Source: Paramecium tetraurelia (taxonomy: Eukaryota). From it: a stretch of DNA of 64,000 nt. Location: assembly GCA_000165425.1 (NCBI GenBank), contig CT867985.1, forward strand, positions 558,001 through 622,000. The letters run 5' to 3'. Made by a program: the position numbers and the translations under genes. Every line of letters begins with the position of its first letter. Position 1 is the first letter of the stretch. This document shows positions 1-13,500 of this stretch, piece by piece. The notes beneath the pieces are model-generated. The model was not told where the DNA came from. It made no database searches and saw only the letters and a list, made by a program, of their open reading frames with translations.

Positions 1-327
1 CCATTCATAGCTTTGGATAATGCAACAGCAGAAAGAGGCTGAGGATCCTAATCCAGAACTAATGGGTACTTCAGATTCCACTTCTATTATTGAGGGTTTG
101 ATATTTAAGATGCGTGCCACTTAAGCTAACTAAGAATTAGTATTATTTGAATCTAGATTCAAGACTTCATGCCAATCATTTCCCCATCTTATCTCTATTG
201 AATTAGCTTTGTTTGAGTGTATTTTAATTTTGGTGTATTTATTGATGGCTGCACATAATGCTTTATGTCCATACACAACAGAATGCTCACCAGAAATGAT
301 TATCTTGGCTGGTGCTCTTACAAACAT
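1..327 (-). CDS. MVK: Mevalonate kinase (GHMP kinase), 3' part runs off the window
   Basis: Translation begins MFVRAPAKIIISGEHSVVYGHKALCAAI (GHMP motif I) and, reading TAG/TAA as Gln, continues to ESEVPISSGLGSSA (ATP-binding loop PxGxGLGSSA). Confidence 0.9.
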
Positions 328-390
328 AATTAAAATTGAATATATATAGAATTTATTGAAACAATCATTCCTTATACAACAAACCAAATT

Positions 391-1548
391 ATGATAGGAG
401 TTAATGCCAAGATTGCTTAGAAGTTTGAAATTGGCTTAAGTAACCCTTATTCTTCGGATTCAAGTTTTTAAAACATTGAAACCCATTGGCTTTGATAAAT
501 CATTTCAGATCTACATTTATTAAGAAGAAGAAGGAGACTGCAATTTATTCAAAGGAAAACATCAAGCTTGGAATTTGAACCTCGGAAAGTTTGAGCTACT
601 CCTAGAGTAGAATAGCCTCCAACACATATTATTATGATGTCCGTTTAATTGAGATAAGATTATGGACCTTAAATAGAATGATAAAAGATCATGGAAGATG
701 AAAGAAAGATTACGTAATAAACATATCTTAGATAATGAAATAGAGGGATACTAATCAAGAGAAAAAAATTGAATTAAGGAATTGAGCCTCTACTTATAAT
801 GAGGATTAGTTTTGATGAATACAACTATGATCATATTTGTAATCTCTTTGCCACATGCAATAACTAAAGAAAGAAGGATGTTATTAGAATATTACTATGA
901 TATTCCACTTATATATAGCAATTGTATCATTTCTTAACAAAAGGAAGTAGAGCTAGATGAAGGTAAACAAGTTAGTTAGAAAAGAAGAAAGACCATTATA
1001 GAATTGGAGGAAGATCAAAAACAATAGATCTAATTATCGCCTGGAGATAACCTTGGTCTAAAACATATCATAAGAACAAATCTATATGAAAAATTCATAT
1101 CATGTAAGATACTAACCTTAAAACAATCTAATTTAGAAGGATAGTTGTTTTATTTAGATCGTGATAAGTATATAAGAGTACTATTGAATAATAGAATTTA
1201 AACTTCATCTTAAAATAATGGGGCAGAGCAAAGTCTATAAAAAATAGTCAAACGCAAGCAAGATAGAAATACCTTAGATTGAAATATTGTTGTAAAGTAA
1301 ACCATGATAATGATTATACAAAATAAAAGCTTATATTACATACGTTAATTTTTCTTTTAAATCTTCAGCCACTACTTTGTGAGGATATTGTGAAGAAAAA
1401 GTTCAACTATTAATGGTTAAAAGTATAAGGAAACTAATAGTAGAAATTAGTGATATCACTTGTTTAATAAAACACTGAATATAATCATAACCGACATAAT
1501 CACAAAAGCAATATTGATAACAACCAAAAATCCAAAACAGAAGAATGA
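391..1548 (+). pseudogene. Degraded or unresolvable hypothetical gene
   Basis: ATG at 391, a 25-nt GT..AG intron candidate at 440-464, and coding-like stretches (e.g. ELDEGKQVSQKRRKTIIELEEDQKQ). All three frames carry TGAs that I could not remove with tiny introns. Last coding-like segment ends TGA 1546-1548. Confidence 0.35.
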
Positions 1549-1627
1549 TTGGTGAATATAATGTGTTTATTATTAAATCAAATGAAGATTGTATTAATTT
1601 AAAAGATTTAATTAAGATCTTTTAATC

Positions 1628-2081
1628 ATGGGAGTTGGTAAACCCAGAGGTATGAGAGCCGGAAGAAAGCTCAAAGATCACAGAAGAGTTAACAGATGGG
1701 CTGATAAGGAATACAATAAGGCTATGATTGGGTCAAGATATAAGAATCCATTCATGGGTGCATCACATGCTAAAGGTTTGGTTGTCGAAAAGATCGGAGT
1801 GTAAATATACTTTTTAATGTGTATCTAGTGAATCCAAATAACCAAACTCTGCTGTCAGAGAGTGTGTTAGAGTCTTATTGAAAAAGAATGGTAAAAAAAT
1901 ATCAGCCTTCGTTCCCAAGGATGGTTGCTTAAACTTTTTAAATGAAAATGACGAAGTCACTGTAGCTGGATTCGGAAGAAAGGGACATGCAGTCGGTGAT
2001 ATTCCAGGGGTCAGATTTAAGATTATTGCAGTTAAAGGAAAGTCACTTTTGGCTTTATGGCTTGGAAAGGTTGAAAAATGA
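1628..2081 (+). CDS. RPS23: 40S ribosomal protein S23 (uS12)
   Basis: [15 protein letters not shown]...[12 protein letters not shown] / 28-nt intron 1801-1828 / [15 protein letters not shown]...GDIPGVRFK; the Q of KQPNSA is encoded by TAA. Confidence 0.98.
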
Positions 2082-2935
2082 ACAACTTATATTCCCTTTT
2101 TGTCAGTATATTAAGAATAATATTTAATAAATAATACTTTATTGGTTTCATAATATTAATGATTTGAATTTATAATCACTAATTATTAATAGAAATATGT
2201 GTTACAATGAATGTATAATCTTCATTTCTCTGAATTGGAGTGAGTTTAAGTTTACAAAAACTATTTAAGATTATTATAATTATTATTAGATTAGTAATTT
2301 TCTACATTCAAAACAATTGTTAAGTTAAATTTATTGAGCTTCCTATAAGAATTAGGGCATCCAATAGTATCAAGTATTTTTGCTTTAATATTAAATATGT
2401 AATCAAATGATTAATATCGTGATTATTTAGATAATAATTTTCTTTGGACGTAATAAGTGTATTTTTTTTCATTTCTTATAATTTATCTGGATTGGAATAT
2501 TTGTTGTGGCTGAAAAACAATGATCTTCATCAATGCAAAAGTTCAGCTTTGATTTTAAGAAGTAATCATAACTCCAATTTTCATATTCTTGTAAATTAGT
2601 ATTAGAAAATGAAAAAGAAAAAAAAATTATAAAAAGCGGCTATGAATGTCGTAAGCAATACATATATAGGCTTTTGATCAAAATATGTGGGAAATATGTA
2701 GTACTTTAAAAATAATTCCATATTTTTTTAAATAAAGATGATGAAGTGAGTAAAGACAAAAAATAAGATGGGATAGTGAAGTATATTAGGATGGAGTGTG
2801 ATAGAGATGAGTACGAGCATTAAAAAATCAAAATAATGCGTATTAATTAACAATACATATTATGGATTTATTTAGCTAATTTGGATTCAAAAGCAAATCA
2901 TTTTCTAATAAATATCATTATTTAAAATATAAATT

Positions 2936-3712
2936 ATGAATAAATTCATCATTGCTTCATGCATCATTGCTTTAGCTCTTGGATGGACTGCTAGCCCATC
3001 AGATCATTGCTCTTGCAGTGATTACTATTTATCAACAGAATGCTCTTCATTATTTGGATGTTCATGGAATGCAGGAACAACATCTACTTGTCAAAAAGCT
3101 AATTGCACAGCCTAATAAGGAGCCGCTTGTTTGACCTTCCCAACTGCATGCTATTTAAATACAACTGCAGGTAACAATACTTGTCTCGCATTTTCATCAT
3201 GCAGCAGTCTAAAAGGAGCCACTGATGCTGATTGCTAAGCTCAAAATGCTTTATGCGGATAAACATCAACCACTGGAACAAATTGTGTTGATTTCAAATG
3301 CTCATCATATTCAGGAACTACCTGTCCAACAGCAAGAGGATGTTACCTAAATGGAGCCACATGTTCCAATACTCCAACATGCTCAACTGGAACAGCTGCA
3401 AACTGCACTACACCTTATTGTGCTATGAACGGAACAACCTGCCAATAAGCAGTATGTGGAAGTTACACAACTGAATTGTCCTGCAGCTTTGTCTATTTGT
3501 CAGGAACATCAGTTCAACCATGCTCTTGGAATGCCACAGGATCAGCTTGCATTAATGCCCCAGGAACCGGAAATTTAACATCAACTACATGCTTCACCAA
3601 TACCTTAGGTGCTTATCATTGGTCATCAGCATCTACAACTGATGGATCATGCAAGTCTTGCTATGGAGTCCTTTTATAAATTGTGTTTGCCATCCTTTTA
3701 TTGTTGGCTTGA
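2936..3712 (+). CDS. Small Cys/Thr/Ser-rich surface protein (mini surface-antigen type), signal peptide plus likely GPI signal
   Basis: Intronless, 258 aa. Starts MNKFIIASCIIALALG, has periodic Cys with C-x-W motifs (GCSWNAG, PCSWNAT), and ends in the hydrophobic tail YGVLLQIVFAILLLLA. Confidence 0.85.
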
Positions 3713-4066
3713 GATTGAGAAGATATTCATATTTTACACATAATCATATTCATAATATGTAAAGATTTGGTCTATTCTATAATTCTATTCTACAATTTCT
3801 GAATTCTCTTTTGACTAGGATCTAGTCTCTAAACTTAAACATTTTAAGAGGCTAGATAGATTGTCTAGTCTCGGCTATGTTAAATGTAGAAGGGTAACAC
3901 TATCAGAGAGAGAGAACCTGTAAAACTGAAATAATGTGTATTTTATTGTGTCATTTTATTTATAATAAATACACTATAAATTTAGTATAAATACAATTAA
4001 TTTGAATTTCCATATTTGGCAATTCTTTACCCCCTTCCTTAAAATATCTTGATTATTTATAATATA

Positions 4067-5937
4067 ATGGATTAATCAATAGTGAAACTAAATACAGAAT
4101 GTGAAGACATTCAACAGTCATTCCTTTCATCTCCAAGTGAGTACTTCTCGAATCAAAAAGATGACTTAGTTGAAAAATGTCAATTCTCTTATAAACTATT
4201 CAGCGAAACCAATCCCAGAGATCAAATCGCTTAGAAGATTGTTAATTTTCAACAAGAAAAACAACAACTGTAATCGATCCAACTTATATAGTCTCTACTT
4301 GATAGAGAAATTAGAATAGTACTTCATTAAAGATATAACAACCTTACTTGAATATGTTGAGCAATTAGAATAATCATACAATACCTTATACAATGGAGGA
4401 TTCAAAATAATCAATGAGCAATTGCTTACCTACTTTGATTACGAGAAGGTGTAAAAACTAAATGAAACAATTAATCTCCTGGAGTAGAGATGGAATCTAC
4501 CCTAAATTAAGGAAGCCGGCAAGTAATTTGAAAAGGTCTTAGGATTATCTAGTTTGAAATGCATGCTGGAAGAACATGTTAGAGATCAAACTATGGTACA
4601 GTTCTTTTTACAAAATTAAATACACAAACCCCCAGTTGAGTGTCTATTCTTAAGGAGTAAAGAAGTTGATAAATTGAATGAATCTGATGGGATTTACTTT
4701 GGGGAAGTATTGCAATAAATGAAACATGGATTTGGAGTTTGCATTAGGGGTTAAGCCATTTGGTAAGGATATTGGAAACACAATCATATCATCTGGGGTT
4801 AGTACACTTTCGAAGAAAATGGATAGAAAAAAATAATGTAAGGGTGTTTCAAGGACGATCTGCTTGAAGGAGAAGGAAAATGTATTGCGTTTAATGGAGA
4901 TACAGTCTAAGGCTAATTTAGAAGAAGTAGAATATAAGGCAGAGGTACTTATAAATTTAGCTATGGAAATATGTAAGATAGAAATTAATATATTTAGATA
5001 TGAGGGAGATCTAAAAAATAATACGATAGATGGATAAGGTTCCATGAAGTTTGCAAATGGTGATTAATACGAAGGGGATTGGAGAAACCATTCCATTTAT
5101 GGTAAAGGCAAGTACACATATAATAATGGGGATTTTTATGAAGGAGATTTTGTAAATGGAGACAAGGAAGGAAAAGGAGTCTTAAGATATGAAAATGGTA
5201 ACATATATTAAGGAGAATTCAAAAATAATATAATTCATGGATTGGGAGAGTTTAAATTTGTTAATGGAGACAAGTATATGAATCTTTAATTCAAGATATA
5301 ATGGAGAATTCAAAAATGGGTAAAGAGACGGAAAGGGAAAATATGAATAAGTGACTGGAGAATTTTATGAAGGCTCGTTTGTTAATGATAAAAGAGAAGG
5401 ATTTGGAGTTTAAAAATATTCTAATGGAGACATCTATGAGGGGTAATTCAGAAATGATAAAAGGGAAGGATAAGGAAGATATAAGTTTGCTAATGGAAAT
5501 GTGTATTATTCTTATTAAATTTTAGTTATATTGGAGATTTTGTTAATGACAAAATTGAAGGTAAGGGAAAAAAGAAATTTGTTAATGGCGATGTTTATGA
5601 AGGAGAATGGAGCAATCAACTTTTCAATGGTAAAGGCTAATATAAGTTTGCTAATGGAAACACATATATTGGAACTTTTGTGAATAATAAAAGAGAAGGA
5701 CATGGAGTTTATAAATTTGCGAATGGAAATATCTATGAAGGAGAGTACAAAAATGATAAAAGAGATGGCAAAGGAATATTTGTTTACGCTGATGGAAACC
5801 GAGAGATTGGAGAGTATTTTGAGGGCAAACCTTCTGGAGAACACTAAGTCTATAGGGGAAGATAAAGCAGTCCTTTCAAGATTAATAATTATAATTCTGG
5901 TAAACTGGATTCTACCTTCATTACCAGCAGATTTTGA
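4067..5937 (+). CDS. MORN-repeat protein with an uncharacterised N-terminal half
   Basis: About a dozen tandem 23-aa YEG(D/E)(F/W)xNxxxxGxGxxxxxNG repeats from ~5000 to 5830, with tiny introns near 4270, 5273 and 5503; TGA at 5935-5937. Confidence 0.88.
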
Positions 5938-6033
5938 TTAAGATTACATGAGTTTATAATTTAATTATAATGACTTGAAATCAATTTTGTATTGTGAGTA
6001 TGGATTAATAGAATTAATTATTCTTATAAAAAA

Positions 6034-8080
6034 TCAAACTCGTTTGTCAAAATTGAAGCTTTAATTTATATTAGCCTTTGTAGTACTACTGTTTGCTTTC
6101 TTAGTCTTTTAACCTCCTGCACTATGATCTCTTGATCCTTTTCTACTATTTAATTTTAGCCAGAGTTAAAATGGCATTGATTATGGTTTTGTGCTGGCTG
6201 GCATAGACAGATCCTAAAAGTCTAAAATAAAATATTTACTCCGTCAATGTGCAATGATCTTTTTTTACTATCAATATTAGTGGTATCTACTAAATTGATT
6301 GGTTTATTTTCTTTTTTTTTATCATAGGTAGAATCGAAATTTAAAATTGAACCCTTTTGATTTTTTGTAGTCTTACTATTTTAGGGTATTTTCGGTTACG
6401 AATTACCTCTAGGAGCTGTTGGAGTGCCTGTCTTTGTAGATGATTCTAATATTATTTTTCATTATACTTAGATAATTCAATAATTTATTCTGATGAGCAG
6501 GAGAAGCTGTGCATACATTTGATGATCTTTTACAAGTGCCCAAAAAAGTTGTTTTATTTAAACTATCATTGATTTAAATGTCAGTGGTCATCTTTTTATT
6601 GTTAGTCTATTGGAAGGATTAGGACTTTTTTTCTTTCAAAGAAGAATGATTAATCCTAAAAATGATATTAATTAGTTACTTCAATTGATAACGATGAATT
6701 TTAGTAGTTTTTAGATCCATTATTAGTTGATCTTGTATCATCTGAAGGAAGAACAGAAAGTCCTCTTGTTTAAGTATGGGATTTATTATTCGTCTAACAA
6801 GAACCAGATCTATTATGAGTAAGAGTTTTCATCATTTGGCTGTCCAAAAGACTACTGATTGGAGCTAAAAATAAATGAAAAAAGTCTACGTTTCTATGGA
6901 CGAGTTGCAGGTTCTAATAGTTTTTCATTGAAATTGCTTGAATTGATATCGGCAACTGATTTTCCACCATTAATGAGATGCTTCTTTAAGATAAGGAAAT
7001 AAGCTGTGGTTAGATTGTTGTGTTTGTTTGCATCAAGACATTTCTTTATGTAATCTGAGTTGAAGCCTTTGGTTGCTAGCTAATCAACTATTGCATCATC
7101 AATTGGAATTCTGCTGTAGCCTATTATAATTCCTTGAGGAATGGATTGAACTCTCTTATACAACTTAAACCAGGGATGTTATTTAATTTACTCCAGATTA
7201 AATCGTTTAGAAGGATCTGTGTTTAAAAGTCCTTTTAGAAATGATTACCCATCTTATGAGACATGGGAAGGTATTGTATATTGTCCTCCAAGTATTTTCT
7301 TATATAAATCACTGGTGTTTTTATCTTCAAAGGGTAATTGACCACAGATAGTAGCGAATAAGATGACGCCACAAGACCAAATATCAACCAAGATACTTTG
7401 GTATCTATGGCCTGCTATCATCTCTGGAGCAGCATAACAAGGACTACCACATGCTGTTTTAAGCAACTCTCCTTATTTATACGTGTTGGATAGTCCAAAA
7501 TCCACTATCTTTATTTGGTTTTAATGATCCAATAACAGATTTTCTGGTTTCAAATCTCTATGAACAATATTTAGTTTGTGAATGTATTCTATGCCTGAAA
7601 TCAACTCTTAGACTATATTCGACAAGCATTCTATTTCATCCAATCTAAGAAATTATCTTGGAATATTTACTTATCGTTCTTTACTATATAATCAAAGAGT
7701 TCACCTTTATCACAAAATTCCATCACCAAAAAGATGTGCTTCTTTGTTTCTATAATCTAGTTTTAATATTGATATTACCTCATATAATTAAATTACATGG
7801 CGATGGCGAATCAATTTTAAAATATGTATTTCTCTTGAAACTCTCTCAACATCTGCAACTTCTACTATTCGTTCCTTTTCCAATATTTTAATGGCCACCT
7901 TCTCTCCAGTAATCTGATGCAAACCCAATTTAACTAAACCAAATGTGCCAACTCCAAGAGTTTTAACTCTAATAATTAATACTCCAAACCTAATTAATAA
8001 TCTCCTATGATCCTTGGCTTTGATGTATCTTTATTATTTAATGAAGCATTCTCTTTATCTGAGTTTTTCTTTTGCAACAT
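6034..8080 (-). CDS. SNF1/AMPK-related (CAMK group) Ser/Thr kinase with UBA-like segment and low-complexity tail
   Basis: Motifs LGVGTFGLVKLG, VAIKILEK, HRDLKPENLLLD, DFGLSN and LKTACGSPCYAAPE; several tiny introns; TGA at 6034-6036. Confidence 0.93.
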
Positions 8081-8828
8081 AAATCAATATCGTTAAAATA
8101 TTAATATTTAGAACTAAATTAAGAACGAAGTTTCATAACCTTTTAACATCCACCCTCACACCCACTCTAGTTCTCCCATTTGCAATTGCACAACCTTAAT
8201 AATCTCTCTTTATCAATCTGTGAAAATTAATAAAATCAACAAACCTAAATATCATTAAAATCTTGAATATTCCTAGGCTTATTACTGATCTTTTTTAAGC
8301 GAATTATGATTTTTATGCCCCATGAATTAGTTAAAAGTGCATAAAAGAAACCTTTAAATCAATTTATTTACTCTAAATTTGTGTATTACGATTGAAATTA
8401 CATCTAAAATTCTTATCTATAAGGGGCAATAAAAGGCTCCTGGCGTTAAATGAATATCTATTTAATAATTTTCCCTTTTGGAATGAGACAAGTAATTAAA
8501 TCAAAATTTTAAATATCTTTTTTTGGTTTAAATTTATTAATTCACATAAATACTCAAAAATCAATTATTTTTATGTTTAAATAAAATATATTGATTAAAT
8601 TTTAACCTACTTCTTTAGAATGTCATTCATTTACAATATAAATCCTTTTTGAAGTTTTGCAATTAGAATGGAATACATTTGATAGATGGATTTGATTCAT
8701 TTTGCAACAACTAATAAAGTATTAAAAGTATATGATTAATACAATTGTGTAATATATTAAGACATAAAAAAGAGAGAATATAAAATTTATGTGTTAACTA
8801 TTTTAATTTTAAATTTTAAATTATATCA

Positions 8829-9133
8829 ATGCCTCATTATCCTGAAGAAATCGAATATTCCGATAAGTACTTAGATGACTACTATGAATACAGACATGTC
8901 ATTCTACCTAAACATATTTTCAAAAAAATCACAAAAGGTACAATTTGAATTTGAAAATGCTAGGGAAATTATTAAATGAAATGGAATGGAGAGCCTTGGG
9001 AGTATAGTAATCGAGAGGATGGTCTCACTATGAAACTCACAGACCAGAACCTCACATTCTTCTCTTTAGAAGACCAAAAAATACAGATCCAAACACTGGA
9101 TTACCACCTCCAGGATTTAGTGCTCCTTATTGA
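8829..9133 (+). CDS. CKS1: Cyclin-dependent kinase regulatory subunit (Cks1/Suc1)
   Basis: [21 protein letters not shown] / 26-nt intron 8938-8963 / [31 protein letters not shown]; the QQ is encoded TAG TAA. Confidence 0.97.
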
Positions 9134-9181
9134 ATATAAATTAGTTAAATCATCAGATACATGTATATACTTAAATTCAAT

Positions 9182-10459
9182 TCATAACAACGGCATTTTA
9201 GGATCATATAACTTTGCATATAAATCTATTCCTCCGATAATATTATATATATTTGGTGTTTTATCCTTTAGATATTCACAAGCCAACCTTGAATTATTAC
9301 CTCTTCTGCACATGATGTAGATTTCTTTATCCTTATATTCTTCAACTTAAAGTTAATCAATTTATGAATATGGAAGATTTGTGAATCCATCCAATTTGAT
9401 AATGTTATATTACGAGCTTGGCCTGACATCCAATAAAGCTACTTTCTCACTTCTTTAAATCTATAGGAAATCTTTCCATTCAATCTCTTTATATCCTCCT
9501 CTATAAGGAATAGATGAGCTACAAATAGTCTATGCAAAGGATGCATAATCATAGTCATTTATTTTTATTTACTTTTAACATGCTATACAATCCCTGAGTA
9601 TTAATAAATATTAAATACTTCTGTTATCCTCTCAGCTTTACAACTTTATAGACATCCCTTAATCCATCTATTAGTATCATCTTTTATGATAAAGTCTACT
9701 GTCCAATAATTATTTTAATAGCCTGCAATGCTTCTATGAGTCCAATCAACCCTGGCATAACTCCAAATACTCCTGCTTCATTGCAATTCTATACAGTCTT
9801 AGGACATTGTGGAAATAGACATCGATAGCAAGGTCCCTACATTCCATACACTGTTATCTAACCCTCCCATCCAACTGATGAACCTGAAACCAAAGGTTTA
9901 TTTAGATATATTGCTGTATCATTAATTAAATATCTTGTTGCAGGATTATCAGTAGCATCCAATATGACATCGTAATTTTAAAAGATTTCTATTGCATTTG
10001 CAGATGATAAATGATGCTTATAGGTAATAACATTCACTAAAGGATTAAACTCATTAATTTATAATTTTGCTGATTCACACTACGATATTTGATAATGAAT
10101 ACCTTATTCATCCCTTATCTATAATTGTTATGAATTATTTGACGATGTAAGTTTGATACATCTACACTATCACCATCAACTAATCCTATTGTTCCAACTC
10201 CAGCTCCAGCCAAATAATATATTGCAGGAGCTCCTATACCTCCTGCTCCTACTATCAATACCTTTGCAAGATGAATCTATTTCTAGCCTGTCAAACCTAT
10301 CTCAGATAAGATCATCTATCTTTTGTATCTATTGATGTGTTCATATCCAAATTCATTATTAATTTGGCTCACCTTATGTTAAATAAAGTCCTCTTCCTAT
10401 TCGAATTCAATCTTATTCTACTTCAGAAGGTTTTACAAGTATTCAATATATTCTTTCAT
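9182..10459 (-). CDS. MOCS3: Adenylyltransferase/sulfurtransferase MOCS3/Uba4 (ThiF plus rhodanese domains)
   Basis: [64 protein letters not shown], rhodanese active loop CRRGNNS and C-terminal DPKMP. Confidence 0.93.
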
Positions 10460-10591
10460 AAAATATATAAATATAAATATAATAATTTTTCAGGAAATAT
10501 TGAACTTGGATATTTTTATACTTAAATAAATACGAGATAATTGATAGGATTTATAAATATGAATTAATATAACAATATTCAATTAAGTAAA

Positions 10592-13500
10592 TCATTTATT
10601 CATTGATTTTATTAAGGATTTTACAAATCTACGTATACTCTTATTTTCTTTAACTACTTCCAATGGAATCATGTTGAGCATTTCGATTGTTTGGTTAATT
10701 TAGGTATTCAACCCATTCAAAAATGGAATCCAAACAAATAAAAAAATGGACACTAAAAGTACTATAAAGATTATTAATAAGATTAATTGAATGTTTTATA
10801 TGTTATCCATGCCACTAGAAATGAGATCTCTTTCATATGTAATTATATTAGTGATTGCATCATAAACATAATTGTATAAAGCCCTATCGATTTCAAAAAA
10901 TTGAGTTGCATTTAATAACATTGATTTTTGAGTAATGTTCTAATAAAAATTTTGAATATTGATTCTAAAATATTCCAAAAAGTAAGATTCAGTGTTATAC
11001 ATTCCCTAAAGTAAGATATTATGAATAAATAATTACTAATTATAAATTTGAATTGATAATTTGCTAACATTAATCGACTTCAGCTGTTTTGATTATTTAT
11101 TCACAAAGATTGCCATAGTAAATATTGATATATTTGTCTCTGAATGCTTACAGTTAAGATAGAATATCAAAATTAAACTAATGAACTCAAAATATTATAT
11201 TTACCGAGCTCATCTTTTCAGCATTCCCTGTAAAGATGGTGAGATTATTGATTGCATACTCAGAAACTTGGATGCCTTTGATTTTGGTTGTGTAATCAAG
11301 CATCATTAACTTTTAGATATTAATGTAATAACCATAATTATTGATCGAGTATAAACTTTAATAATATTGAGGCAAAAGAAAGTTTATCTATGATTACTAA
11401 GATTGACTTCCCAAGATATTATAGACAGTGAAAACCAAAGTGAAAACTGAAATAACAAAAAATCTAGATTATTATATATAAATATACTGGACAATGATGC
11501 CTTGATTGCCTTTAATCCTATTTTGTCTATATTTCTTAATGATTTTTTTTCTGTTTTAAGTTTACCTCAATAGAATATCAGATTCATCCTCATCAGGTGC
11601 TTTTAAGACTTCAATCTTTTCTTCTTGGAACTCCTTTTCATCTTCTGAACTTTCAAACCCCTATTATTCTTATTTATTTTATAAATCCTCTATGCTTACA
11701 TAACTTTTCAAAAATCTGTCACATTTCTTATAAAGAACATCTAAATGATAGGTTGGAATATCCAGAAATAGAAATAGAATATTTTCTCTTTAGGTTTTGA
11801 TTTCAAACATAAGAAATATAAATTTGACCATAGCCATTACTGATACAAATATTGATGCAGACAATAAGATCAAGAGATTCACTTATGGATTATCCATGAT
11901 ATCTTTGATATTATCATAGGTAGAGCTTGAAATATCACATATTTGCTGGTAAAGCACATCAAAGTAATTATGGATCACTCCTTAATAGTAAATATTATCG
12001 AAAGCTGCATGTGTATTGATAGCTGGTAACTGAAGAATTTAAAGCTAATGAACAAAACACCACTAAGGCAGTTTCAAGTCTTAAAGTGTCATCGTAATAG
12101 CCATTATCCTTGTAAAATCTAAATGACAATTCATCTTAAAATTGTGATTAGAAATTTAAATAATCTATTGAATTCATAGCAGAATTGAAATCAATAACAG
12201 AGGCAGCTGAAATTGATATATCATTTGCTATTTCAGTAGTATTGTATGTATAGAGATTGGCTGAATAGACAGCCAAATCTAAGACTCTAGAAGTCAATCT
12301 ATTGATTTCAACCAATTAATTATTTATTAATTATAAGACATCGACGTCTATTCTATAATTGGTGAATTGTTCAGAACAAAAGTATTGTTACAAACTTGTC
12401 ATAGCCAATATGAATACAATCCATAAAGATGAATAAATCTTAAAAGTTGTTATTTCTGGGTGTCTGTGGTGAGTCTTCAGGGCAATTTGAATCAAATTAG
12501 CTGAATTATTATAAGTAAATAATTTGTAGTCATCCTCATCTTCAAAATTGTTTCCTTAATTTCTGAACAACGAATTCTCCTCTTCCTCATCTTCTAAAAT
12601 TTATAAAAACAATTATTCCTACTCTTCATTAATACTAACTATTTATCCATTAATGTATCTCTTGGTGATGATGCTTCCTGCTAAATCAATTGAAGGAACA
12701 CTCTCAGTTTCTGCATTGCATTATTTAAATAGATCTCTAATTTCATCAACCTGTGGATTTTCATATAATTCTTGCATATAACTAAATAAATTGAGATCGA
12801 CATCTTAACAATCTTAATTTCTTAAAGGTACTTGACTATCTTAACTAACATTCGCCAAATTTGTGATTTTTTATTAAGAGGTGGCTTTTTATATCAATTC
12901 TGAATCTGGATTGCTAACACTGCCAGTATTTTATGCTCCCTTCTTTATCATATATTTAAGATTTGCTTCATTTTTTTCAATCTTATCGAGACGAATTACA
13001 TAGTATCCAGTGCGTTCACTTTTCTTCTATTCCTCATCACTGTCATTTGGATTGTGGAGTGGCAAGACTATTTCTTTCACTTGGCAATTGAAATAATAGA
13101 ATCCATCTTTCTTTGGGATTTTAGAGAAGACATCTTTGGCATTCTTAGTCAATACATCGGCTATGTAATCATTCAATTTAATTTTGTCTCCTAAGTTTTT
13201 TATTTCTAATTCAAAGAAGGTTATGGCACTAGAAGACATTTCTAGAATCTAAGAGGATTTGTCAACAACAAAATAGATTTAAGTTCTTAGAGTAGCTTCC
13301 GATTTGAAAGTGGCAATGTATACAAGGGAGTCTAAATGCAATGTCACTTAATATGTTAATGGAAATAGATATCCATTTTTATGTTTAAATAACCTATTTT
13401 AATCAACATCCAGATATTCACTTTCTATTCCTACCTCCTATCTTAAATTAAGTACAAAATTATCAAAAAAGTTACTCATATATTTATCATGATTCTCTGC

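Noticed and set aside
2060..2081. RPS23 ends GKVEK without the common RPRS tail
   Set aside because: Short variable tail with a clean TGA; no evidence of damage.
5000..5830. ~69-bp periodic repeats resembling a CRISPR or tandem array
   Set aside because: They are protein-level MORN repeats with degenerate codons in a eukaryotic gene.
8100..8500. Possible small minus-strand gene with a 27-nt intron-like element at ~8218-8244
   Set aside because: No consistent start-to-stop model and no recognisable motif; at most a remnant.
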